From a virus (Duplodnaviria; Caudoviricetes), in IMG/VR virus record IMGVR_UViG_3300033407_000061, positions 1 through 38,623 of that record: 38,623 bases of DNA; one strand, 5' to 3'. Position 1 is the first letter of the stretch, and each line of letters begins with the position of its first letter. The notes below the pieces were generated by a model, which had not been told where the DNA came from, ran no database searches, and worked only from the letters and a program-made list of their open reading frames with translations. Below, in pieces: positions 29,332-37,326 of this stretch. The position numbers were made by a program, and so were the translations under genes.

Positions 29332-29790
29332 ATGACAGCTAAAAACAAAGCAGGAAAGCCAGCAGCCAAGTCTGGAAATAGCACTGGGAACCCACCAGCA
29401 ACAGGCAGACCATACAAAGTATTAGATGCAGAATTATTTGAAAGGCTCTGTTTTAGTATCTGCACATACTCAGAAATAGAAGCCATGATGAAAGCGGATA
29501 TGTCTACACTTCAAGAATGGTGTAAGCGTACATGGGGAAAAACTTTTTCTGAGAAATATAAAGAATTTTCTGAAGGTGGCAAGGCTTCACTAAGAAGGAC
29601 GCAGCTGAGACTAGCACAAAAGAATGCCGCGATGGCCATCTGGTGTGGTAAGCAGTACCTGGGGCAGCACGACAACGACAAGGGCCAAGGCGACGCAATT
29701 AGCCAAGCAGCACAAGCACTTATAGGAGCAGCAAACTTGTTGTCACAAGGAGATGTAGTTGAAGAACCCCCTCAGCCAGAAGCAGATTGA
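29332..29790 (+). CDS. terS: Terminase small subunit
   Basis: TGRP motif, HTH, GKASLRRTQ...AMAIWCGKQYLGQ; overlaps the TerL start. Confidence 0.8.
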   Translation: MTAKNKAGKPAAKSGNSTGNPPATGRPYKVLDAELFERLCFSICTYSEIEAMMKADMSTLQEWCKRTWGKTFSEKYKEFSEGGKASLRRTQLRLAQKNAAMAIWCGKQYLGQHDNDKGQGDAISQAAQALIGAANLLSQGDVVEEPPQPEAD

Positions 29791-32029
29791 ATCCTATAGA
29801 GCTCCTAATGCCAGACTAAATATGTGGGAGGGTAGCGTCCGTTCAGGAAAGACTTTTATTTCCATTATTCGTTTCATGAAGGCTATACAGGACGGTCCTC
29901 CTGGAATAGCAATGATAATAGGTGTTTCAAGGGACTCTATTCAAAGGAACATATTAACGGAGCTATGTGCGCTTGTCGGTGCGCCTTGTCCTACGCCTAA
30001 GGCTGGACAAATAACACTCCTGGGTAGAACGATCTTCCTTGTTGGTGCAAACGATGAGCGAGCACAACGAAGAATACAAGGCTCTACGCTAGCTCTGGCC
30101 TACGTTGATGAGATGACCCTCATTCCTCAGGGATTCTTTAAGATGCTCCTGTCCCGTCTCTCGGTCAATGGTGCGATGCTCTTTGGAACCACAAACCCCG
30201 ATAGCCCATTTCACTGGCTGAAGACAGACTTCCTCTCGAAGATAGACCTAGACATGCAAGTACATCACTTCCAGCTAGAAGATAATCCATCCCTAAGTGA
30301 AGCGTATGTCAACAACCTAAAAAAAGAATATACAGGCCTTTGGTATAAGAGGTACATCAACGGAGAGTGGGTACTAGCGGAAGGAACGGTATACGACTTC
30401 TTTGATGAGCAAAACCACGTCATTGATCTGCCCCCAGGTCAAGCAGAGTATTACATCATTGGGGTAGACTACGGAACCGCAAACCCTACAACTTTTAGTT
30501 TAATAGGGTATAGTAAGAAACTATGGCCTAATATTTGGCTAGAAAGAGAGTACTACTTTGATAGTAAGAAGAAAGGCCATCAAAAGACGGACACCGATTA
30601 CGTTGAAGACCTAATCAAGTTCATTGGTGAAAAAGTAGTACGTTGTATTTACGTAGATCCTTCCGCAGCCTCCTTCAAATTGGAGATGATGCGACAGGGG
30701 CTAGGAGGTGTGATCGATGCGGATAACGATGTCATCAACGGTATACGGTTCCAGAGTAAGCTCCTCTCGAACGGTACGTACAAGATTTGTCGCTGCTGCT
30801 CTAATGCTATACGAGAATACCAGACGTACAGATGGGATGAGAAAGCCTCACTCAAAGGGGAAGACAAGCCAATTAAAGAGCATGACCACTGCTTTGTAGC
30901 CGGTACTCCGGTTATAACGGAATACGGAGAAATTCCGATTGAGAGAATTGAAGTAGGTAATAAGGTTCTCACCCGTTCGGGTTGGAATCAGGTAGAAGAG
31001 ACATTCAAGCACGAAGCGGAAGTGTCAGAGTTTGAAGTTCTGGGACAGAAAATAACATGTACACCGTCACACAAATTTCTCACTGGCCAAGGTTGGAAAC
31101 AGATTAGCAATATGATAAACTCCGATATTCTATTTACAGAAGTTGGGGAATTACCATGGTTGAAGACATCGAATTTGAGGGAAGAAAATACCGGCGTTAT
31201 CCAGAAGCTAAAAGACGTTCTCAAAGGGTGTATTTTAAATGTGGATACGGAAGTAGATTGCTTCATAGAGACATTTGGGAGCACTACAATGGAAAAATTC
31301 CCAAAGGAAGCCATATTCATCACAAGGACAACGATCCCCTCAACAATGACATTAGCAATCTCGAATGTCTATCACGTTCTAAACACCTTTCCTATCATGC
31401 GAACAGCCTTACGGAAAGCCAAAAAGCAGATAGAGATGAAAGATGGTTATCGTATCAAAAACGAGCCGCAGAATGGCACGGAAGCAAAGAAGGGAGGAAA
31501 TGGCACTCTGATCACGCAAATGAAATGTGGAGTAAAAGAGAGCCTATCACACATTCCTGCGAAAAATGTGGAAAGGCTTACCAGTCCATCAAATCAGGAC
31601 TCACTCGATTTTGTTCAAATAACTGTAAGTCACAAGCAAGACGAGATAGCAACGTTGATCGTGAGAAAAGATATTGTTCTTTCTGTGGACTGGAGTTCGA
31701 AGCAGATAAGTACAGTCGAACAAGATTTTGCTCAAAGTCCTGTTCTTGCAAATCCTCTTGGGAAAAGAGAAATTTACAATATACATGTGCAGAATGAACA
31801 CGAATACTTTGTACATAAGTGCCTAACACACAATTGCTTGGACTCGCAGAGGTACGGGCTCTATACGCACTTTCGCGGCGTGCTTAACAACGAGTCTGCA
31901 AGCGCAGACATGGATAAGATCTATGCAGATGTCGTTGGATTAAAGACAGACCTACCCGATTTTTTCCAAGTTAATCAGTACAATCAGCATCCTGTTCCAC
32001 AGGGAGCCCCATCGGGATTTTACGGGTGA
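29759..32029 (+). CDS. terL: Terminase large subunit, PBSX family, containing an intein
   Basis: Walker A GSVRSGKT, Walker B YVDE, TTNP, GVDYG, DPSA; DH/CLDSQRY nuclease motif split by the intein. Confidence 0.95.
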   Translation: MKNPLSQKQIESYRAPNARLNMWEGSVRSGKTFISIIRFMKAIQDGPPGIAMIIGVSRDSIQRNILTELCALVGAPCPTPKAGQITLLGRTIFLVGANDERAQRRIQGSTLALAYVDEMTLIPQGFFKMLLSRLSVNGAMLFGTTNPDSPFHWLKTDFLSKIDLDMQVHHFQLEDNPSLSEAYVNNLKKEYTGLWYKRYINGEWVLAEGTVYDFFDEQNHVIDLPPGQAEYYIIGVDYGTANPTTFSLIGYSKKLWPNIWLEREYYFDSKKKGHQKTDTDYVEDLIKFIGEKVVRCIYVDPSAASFKLEMMRQGLGGVIDADNDVINGIRFQSKLLSNGTYKICRCCSNAIREYQTYRWDEKASLKGEDKPIKEHDHCFVAGTPVITEYGEIPIERIEVGNKVLTRSGWNQVEETFKHEAEVSEFEVLGQKITCTPSHKFLTGQGWKQISNMINSDILFTEVGELPWLKTSNLREENTGVIQKLKDVLKGCILNVDTEVDCFIETFGSTTMEKFPKEAIFITRTTIPSTMTLAISNVYHVLNTFPIMRTALRKAKKQIEMKDGYRIKNEPQNGTEAKKGGNGTLITQMKCGVKESLSHIPAKNVERLTSPSNQDSLDFVQITVSHKQDEIATLIVRKDIVLSVDWSSKQISTVEQDFAQSPVLANPLGKREIYNIHVQNEHEYFVHKCLTHNCLDSQRYGLYTHFRGVLNNESASADMDKIYADVVGLKTDLPDFFQVNQYNQHPVPQGAPSGFYG
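30890..31834 (+). other. Intein (315 aa; TerL residues 378-692)
   Basis: Block A CFVAGTPV, block B CTPSHKF, blocks F/G IYNIHVQNEHEYF...THN followed by C; spliced TerL is 441 aa. Confidence 0.92.
31156..31797 (+). CDS. HNH homing endonuclease with C-terminal Zn-finger repeats, overprinted inside the intein in a different frame
   Basis: LHRDIW...IHHKDNDPLNNDISNLECL...H, plus CxxC...FCSxxC twice; offset +2 from the TerL frame; GGGGA upstream of the ATG. Confidence 0.88.
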   Translation: MVEDIEFEGRKYRRYPEAKRRSQRVYFKCGYGSRLLHRDIWEHYNGKIPKGSHIHHKDNDPLNNDISNLECLSRSKHLSYHANSLTESQKADRDERWLSYQKRAAEWHGSKEGRKWHSDHANEMWSKREPITHSCEKCGKAYQSIKSGLTRFCSNNCKSQARRDSNVDREKRYCSFCGLEFEADKYSRTRFCSKSCSCKSSWEKRNLQYTCAE

Positions 32030-32072
32030 TAGTTAATCCCTAGTCCCTGTTTGGGGTATACTCTCTATTCTT

Positions 32073-32552
32073 TCACGGTCCCTTAGTTCGTATGAACGGT
32101 GCCTGAAAGCTGCCCTGCCGGATCTCAAGCCCAAGGTCAATGACCCACAGCACAAGGCTGTAGGCTTGTATCTGACACATGAGTCGATACATTCAGAGAC
32201 GTCTCATAGTTGACGCTCCTACCTTGCGGTGGCCAATTGACTGTGGCCTGCTCTACAGACGCTATACGCAGTAGAGAGATGCCCACTACTGTGGGAATAC
32301 CCGAATTATCGGGAACAACTCGTCTTAGGCTTTCCGCTTTCCCATATTGGGATGCCAGCCTCGGAGTTGAAGAGAAATTACAGCACGATTCATCCTTTAG
32401 CACAATGCTAAAGGTTTTCTCGTGTCAATTTCATAATTGGCGACACGGTTTAGATCGATCGGCGGCACCACAGTCTCCTGGCCGTACACCTCCAACAAAA
32501 GGTCCCATGTCACGCATTCAATTTTTTCGATCTGCTCTTTAGCAAGACCCAT
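32073..32552 (-). pseudogene. Truncated ImmA/IrrE-like metallopeptidase N-terminus interrupted by MITE-A
   Basis: Precise removal of 32136-32432 gives MGLAKEQIEK...VVPPIDLNRVANY-LGLEIRQGSF...; no HExxH remains. Confidence 0.55.
32136..32432 (-). mobile_element. Full MITE-A (297 bp)
   Basis: On the minus strand TTAT, then GAAATTGACACGAG-AAAA-hairpin ... CAAG-hairpin-TTGAC; no target duplication. Confidence 0.9.
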
Positions 32553-32573
32553 ACGATTCCTCGTGTCAATTTC
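32553..32573 (-). mobile_element. MITE-A left-end remnant with the hairpin deleted
   Basis: TTAT, then GAAATTGACACGAG-GAATCGT; the hairpin between the two parts is missing. Confidence 0.6.
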
Positions 32574-32608
32574 ATAAGCCTTGGGGATAAGCCTTGGGGA
32601 TAAGCCTT
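32574..32608 (+). repeat. 13-bp tandem repeat ATAAGCCTTGGGG (about 2.7 copies)
   Basis: Copies at 32574, 32587 and 32600, adjoining the left-end remnant. Confidence 0.7.
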
Positions 32609-32671
32609 ACGAATGTAAGAAATATTTTCAGCCAAAAACTTTTTCGGAGAATTATAAAGAATTTTCTGATT

Positions 32672-32769
32672 GCCACCGCAAGGTAGGAGCGTCAACTATG
32701 AGACGTCTCTGAATGTATCGACTCATGTGTCAGATACAAGCCTACAGCCTTGTGCTGTGGGCCATTGAC
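32672..32769 (+). mobile_element. MITE-A right-end fragment (98 bp)
   Basis: Matches 18-115 except one base; ends CATTGAC. Confidence 0.85.
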
Positions 32770-32856
32770 TTAAAATCTAAAACTTTTTTTGTTTTCTTCG
32801 AATGCTTTAATAGCCAGCTCTTTTGCATCTTGCCGAACATCTTCGCTAGTTCCATA

Positions 32857-33153
32857 GTCAATGACCCACAGCACAAGGCTGTAGGCTTGTATCTGACACA
32901 TGAGTCGATACATTCAGAGACGTCTCATAGTTGACGCTCCTACCTTGCGGTGGCCAATTGACTGTGGCCTGCTCTACAGACGCTATACGCAGTAGAGAGA
33001 TGCCCACTACTGTGGGAATACCCGAATTATCGGGAACAACTCGTCTTAGGCTTTCCGCTTTCCCATATTGGGATGCCAGCCTCGGAGTTGAAGAGAAATT
33101 ACAGCACGATTCATCCTTTAGCACAAGGCTAAAGGTTTTCTCGTGTCAATTTC
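32857..33153 (-). mobile_element. Full MITE-A (297 bp)
   Basis: Near-identical to 32136-32432 (left-end loop CACAAGGC vs CACAATGC); TTAT target; interrupts a small minus-strand ORF starting at 33224. Confidence 0.9.
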
Positions 33154-33388
33154 ATAAATTCATTATCCTTATTAACAAAACCATCTTCATATATGTAAAT
33201 TGTACGATATTCTCTGCTTTTCATTTTTCGCTCCATTTGTGGGCTTCCCCGTTTGTTATGCCATCATTATGCCAGATTCCAACATTACCCACAATGCTTT
33301 TGTTGTGAAAAATGAAAAATCTGAGAAATCTAAATAAAATATATAATTATTTTAAGTAATCTAGTATGATGTAAGCAACCAGGAGAAT

Positions 33389-33465
33389 TTAATGAATACG
33401 AACAAAACTTTAAGGAGCGGGAATTCCCCCACCGGTACAAGACCGGCGGTACCCTTCCCGACAAC
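33389..33465 (-). mobile_element. MITE-B copy (right-end hairpin lost) in front of the portal gene
   Basis: TGAATACGAACAAAACTTTAAGGAGCGGGAATTCCCCCACCGGTACAAGACCGG...GACAAC followed by ATAATG. Confidence 0.8.
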
Positions 33466-33468
33466 ATA

Positions 33469-35541
33469 ATGGTTTTGTATAGAAACATGGTAGATGACAG
33501 CTACTACAATGAGTCTGACCGCAGTAGAACCGTCAAACAAATGATGGACCACACCTATGCTCAATCTATCACGATCAATCAATCCTTTTGGTCAGAAGCT
33601 GACATCGATACTCGATTCAAAGTAGGCGATCAGTCCCTGTGGGATGATTACCATGGCAGCCCTCGCACTTTCCGCAACAAGCAGTATTATTTCAATCGTA
33701 TCCGACGGGTATGTAACCTGATTACAGGATTCCAGAGGCGTAATCGTAAGAGTACGATAGCAATGCCAGTGGAACACAATGATGATAAGGCAGCATCGCA
33801 GTGGTCAAAGCTTCTGTTTCACACGATGAAAGGGGCAAACTGCGACGAAATGATTAGCGAAGCATTCGAGCATGGTGGCGTGACCACTGGGATGTCTTTA
33901 CTTAATACATGGATCGACTACTCCAAGGACCCCGAATCGGGAGATATTCGTGTCGACCACGTCCCATATAACGCATTCCTAATAGATCCATACTTTCGTA
34001 AGAAAGACCTTTCAGATTGTAACTACCTATGGCGAAGACAGTGGTTGGGGAAGGAAGCAATCAAAGCTATCGTTCCTGAAAATATGGTAGGTTTTGTTGA
34101 CTCTATGAAATCTAAAGAAAACAGAGACGGCAAGTTCCAGTTCATGGCGGAGAGCTATAACCAGGGCAGCGATCTCCTAACCTACGATGAGTATTGGTAC
34201 AAGGACATGCGTAAAGCGGTGTTCCTGATTGATACCCAGTACGGACTCACAAGGGAATGGACGGGAGAGGATGAGCAACTGAAGCAATTTCAGAGTGAGT
34301 ACCCTTCCCTAATTGTCAAAGATATCACGGTCCCAACTGTAAAGCTGGCGATTGTAGTAGATGGAGAGATGGTATACAACGGAGCTAATCCTCTAGGAAT
34401 AGATCGCTATCCTTTCGTCCCCTTCCTAGGGTATTACGAGCCTAATATTCCCTATTTTCCTTGGAGAGTACAAGGGGTAGTCCGCAACTTGCGCGATGCT
34501 CAGTACCTGTATAACAGGCGCACGATAATAGAAATGGACATCCTTGAGAGTCAGATTAACTCAGGATTCAAATACAAACCTACAAGCATGGTTAACCCTC
34601 GCGACATCTTCATGGAAGGTCAGGGCAAGGGCATAGCAATCAAGCAAGAAGCGGATATGAATGATGTTCAGGAGATACAGCCCGGACAGATTCCTCCCTC
34701 TATGATGGCATTATCTGAGAAGCTTGGTAAGGAAATCCAAGAGATCAGCGGCGTAAATGAAGAGCTTCTGGGGTCAGCAGACGACGACAAGTCCGGGATC
34801 TTATCCATGCTAAGGCAGGGAGCAGGGCTCACAACTCTTCAAGTCCTATTTGACCAACTCGATTCTAGCCAAAAGCTACTCGGCCAGGTCTTTCAGGAGA
34901 TTGTACAAAAGAATTATACATATGGAAAGATTGCACGAATTCTCGGAGAAGAGCCTGTTCCAGAGTTTGAGGACAAGACTTTCCTCAACTATGATATTCG
35001 TATTGAAGAAGGGATTAACACTTCTACTCAACGGCAAATGGCATTTGTTCAATCTCTTCATATGCGTGAGATCGGATTACCTATACCTACTAAGTACATC
35101 TTGGGCTTGGCTAATGTACAAGATAAAGACAAACTTGATGAAGCTGTTGAAGCTGAAGAACAACAGCAAGCTCAAGCTCAGCAAGCTCAGATGCAACAAC
35201 AGATGGCAGTCTTTCAAGCACAAATCGAAGATCTACAAGCTAAAGCGGTCGCCAACCAGGGGCTGGGAGTGGAGCGGATGTCCAGAGTCCAGGAAAATAG
35301 AGCCTTGGCGCTTGAACGTCTCAGCCAGTCTAAAGAGAATCGCCAGCAAGCTGCTCTCGCAATGGCCAAGACTATGAAAGAGCTGCAAGGAATAGAAATC
35401 GAACAAGTGCAGCAATTACTACAAATTATACAGGTGCTCAAGGAGCAGTCAGCAGAAGATCCAACAGAAGCAGGCCCCCAAGCAGAAGAACAGAGTGAGC
35501 AGGCCAAGATGCCACAGGCGTTTGACCTTTCTATTCCCTAA
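33469..35541 (+). CDS. Portal protein (P22-like)
   Basis: 690 aa; FNRIRRVCNLITGFQRRNR, YPFVPF, GVVRNLRDAQYLYN; Gln-rich C-terminal coiled-coil barrel. Confidence 0.9.
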   Translation: MVLYRNMVDDSYYNESDRSRTVKQMMDHTYAQSITINQSFWSEADIDTRFKVGDQSLWDDYHGSPRTFRNKQYYFNRIRRVCNLITGFQRRNRKSTIAMPVEHNDDKAASQWSKLLFHTMKGANCDEMISEAFEHGGVTTGMSLLNTWIDYSKDPESGDIRVDHVPYNAFLIDPYFRKKDLSDCNYLWRRQWLGKEAIKAIVPENMVGFVDSMKSKENRDGKFQFMAESYNQGSDLLTYDEYWYKDMRKAVFLIDTQYGLTREWTGEDEQLKQFQSEYPSLIVKDITVPTVKLAIVVDGEMVYNGANPLGIDRYPFVPFLGYYEPNIPYFPWRVQGVVRNLRDAQYLYNRRTIIEMDILESQINSGFKYKPTSMVNPRDIFMEGQGKGIAIKQEADMNDVQEIQPGQIPPSMMALSEKLGKEIQEISGVNEELLGSADDDKSGILSMLRQGAGLTTLQVLFDQLDSSQKLLGQVFQEIVQKNYTYGKIARILGEEPVPEFEDKTFLNYDIRIEEGINTSTQRQMAFVQSLHMREIGLPIPTKYILGLANVQDKDKLDEAVEAEEQQQAQAQQAQMQQQMAVFQAQIEDLQAKAVANQGLGVERMSRVQENRALALERLSQSKENRQQAALAMAKTMKELQGIEIEQVQQLLQIIQVLKEQSAEDPTEAGPQAEEQSEQAKMPQAFDLSIP

Positions 35542-35598
35542 TTGGTTTAGGGGTTTATCAACCCGGAGGTAGCCCTCCGATTTACCAAGGAGTAAAAA

Positions 35599-35817
35599 AT
35601 GGCTAAATATTACGGCGACATGAAGTCCAAAAAGGGCAAAGAAATGGTTTCATTCGGTGGCAGAGCCGGTCTTCCTGCTGAAGTGAAGATGAAGGATTAC
35701 CCAAAGGCTGAGTATGGCATGGGTGGGTACAATGATTCACGCGAAGGAATCGATGCACTAGCTAAGAACAACCATAAGCAGGCTATGAAGAAGCCTGGTG
35801 GTCGTGGCCCAGTTTAA
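35599..35817 (+). CDS. Small basic hypothetical protein
   Basis: AAGGAG RBS; 72 aa, directly after the portal gene. Confidence 0.7.
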   Translation: MAKYYGDMKSKKGKEMVSFGGRAGLPAEVKMKDYPKAEYGMGGYNDSREGIDALAKNNHKQAMKKPGGRGPV

Positions 35818-35832
35818 AAGTTCCTCTATTAT

Positions 35833-35906
35833 GTTGTCGGGAAGGGTACCGCCGGTCTTGTACCGCCGGGGGAATTCCCGCTCCTTAAAGTTTTGCTCGT
35901 ATTCAC
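35833..35906 (+). mobile_element. MITE-B copy, opposite orientation
   Basis: TTAT, then GTTGTCGGGAAGGGTACCGCCGGTCTTGTACC...CTCCTTAAAGTTTTGCTCGTATTCAC. Confidence 0.8.
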
Positions 35907-36034
35907 CAAAACACCTCGTTTTAGTATGCTTCTCGGCAAGACACTCGCCTAGCGAGAAACTGTTGTGGCACACTTTGTGTGAACCTGCGTTAAGTCGTAG
36001 GATGTAGAGCGTGTATCGCTAAATTGTTTCCCTG

Positions 36035-36067
36035 AGGGTGTAGGTAAAATCTACACCCTTTTTTTTT
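36035..36067 (+). terminator. Intrinsic terminator
   Basis: AGGGTGTAG-GTAAAAT-CTACACCCT followed by a T run. Confidence 0.75.
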
Positions 36068-36131
36068 GCCTTACAGCTATGGTAAAAAGTGCAAGGGTGA
36101 TAGTATGTAAAAAAAATAGAGAGGTGAACTC

Positions 36132-36698
36132 TTGAAACGTAAGAAAACAGTAGGAGAGGAAGCCATCATAAGGCTGGCCAATCCAGATGACAAACAAGAG
36201 GTCGTTGAGACCCAGAGGGAAGCAGATAAAGAGTATTTTCCTCAGATGGAGATCTGCATCCAGAATCATTCACAATGGGATAAGCCGTATTATATTGTCG
36301 TTCACCAGAAGAAAGAGCGCCTATTAGAGAATGTCATCCGTCGCTACTTCATTGGTCGCCAGTCGATGCCTACTCCCCAGTGGGATCAGACATTATGGAG
36401 ATACGATCCTGGTACAGGAAATCTTCGTTTTATTTGGACACTTCCAGATGAAAATACAGCAAAATGGATGGCAGCCAACCCTAAAGAGCTGTCAGAGAAC
36501 CATCACGAGCTTGTAGGATTCATCATGAGCTTCCTAAACAAGACATTATACAGAGATTTCTACCAAGAATTTCATCAAGGAGAACAAGAATGCGCCTTAT
36601 CGGAATCGTCTTACTTGGACTCAGCCTCACAGGTTGTGCAGGATTCGTCGATCTTGAGTTTGGAGGAGCTATCAAAACCAAAGATCACAACCCAGTAG
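36132..36698 (+). CDS. Hypothetical protein
   Basis: 188 aa, TTG start with GAGGTG RBS. Confidence 0.7.
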   Translation: MKRKKTVGEEAIIRLANPDDKQEVVETQREADKEYFPQMEICIQNHSQWDKPYYIVVHQKKERLLENVIRRYFIGRQSMPTPQWDQTLWRYDPGTGNLRFIWTLPDENTAKWMAANPKELSENHHELVGFIMSFLNKTLYRDFYQEFHQGEQECALSESSYLDSASQVVQDSSILSLEELSKPKITTQ

Positions 36699-36744
36699 TT
36701 TACGAAGACTCTTGTAAAGCAGATTTACATGTGGGGAAAAGGGT

Positions 36745-36960
36745 ATGATTTTGAGTAGAGAAGACGAGATGGAAGCCATCGCAAATGGAGTCGCTCACAA
36801 GTTTGACGGATTGACCACCGGTGAGGCGATGCAAGCGATTAAAAACGGTGTGGAAGTGGCACTTCCAAGTATAGAAATGTGGCGAATCCTAGAAGCTGTA
36901 AGTGACGGGGTAAAGGAGGCCATGTTGGAAATTAATGAAAGCAATACTACCAGAATCTAA
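36745..36960 (+). CDS. Hypothetical protein
   Basis: 71 aa ORF in the operon. Confidence 0.5.
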   Translation: MILSREDEMEAIANGVAHKFDGLTTGEAMQAIKNGVEVALPSIEMWRILEAVSDGVKEAMLEINESNTTRI

Positions 36961-37210
36961 CGAATCGGTAGAAGAAATCAGCCAACTAGCCGTTGGCATA
37001 TTCAGATCTACCAAAGGGGCAAAGCTCGGGTATCTATGCCGTTACTGTGCCAAAGCGCTCGGGGGAGAGTGGCCTGAACACCATGTTGCCACAACGAACA
37101 ATGCACAGTGCTCTGTCTGCTTGCGTGATGCTGGAGTTGTTGCTCCTAGTGACTGGCAACTCAATGAAAATGGCCAGCGGTACAAAGTTTCAATCTTAGA
37201 GTGGGATTAA
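36935..37210 (+). CDS. Hypothetical Zn-finger protein
   Basis: CRYC...CSVC. Confidence 0.55.
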   Translation: MKAILPESNESVEEISQLAVGIFRSTKGAKLGYLCRYCAKALGGEWPEHHVATTNNAQCSVCLRDAGVVAPSDWQLNENGQRYKVSILEWD

Positions 37211-37211
37211 C

Positions 37212-37326
37212 ATGAAAGAAAAAAGTATAGACCTAACATACGTAATCATCCGCACATATTCCGCAGGAGTACATGCTTGAGGGCATTCCAGTCTGGAGTG
37301 CTTGGGACTCCGAAGAAAATGCTTAA
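37212..37326 (+). pseudogene. Internally deleted second copy of the DUF6948-like gene
   Basis: DLTYVIIRTYSAGVHA joined out of frame to EGIPVWSAW..EENA, both matching 24404-24724. Confidence 0.75.

Noticed and set aside
32770-33224. Clean restoration of a gene on excising the 32857 MITE-A
   Set aside because: The precise join stays open but enters a different frame from the more protein-like YGTSEDVRQDAKELAIK frame, so it is ambiguous
32137-33308. 88-125 aa ORFs within MITE-A copies as a transposase
   Set aside because: No HUH/Y1 or RuvC motifs; they recur only because the DNA is repeated
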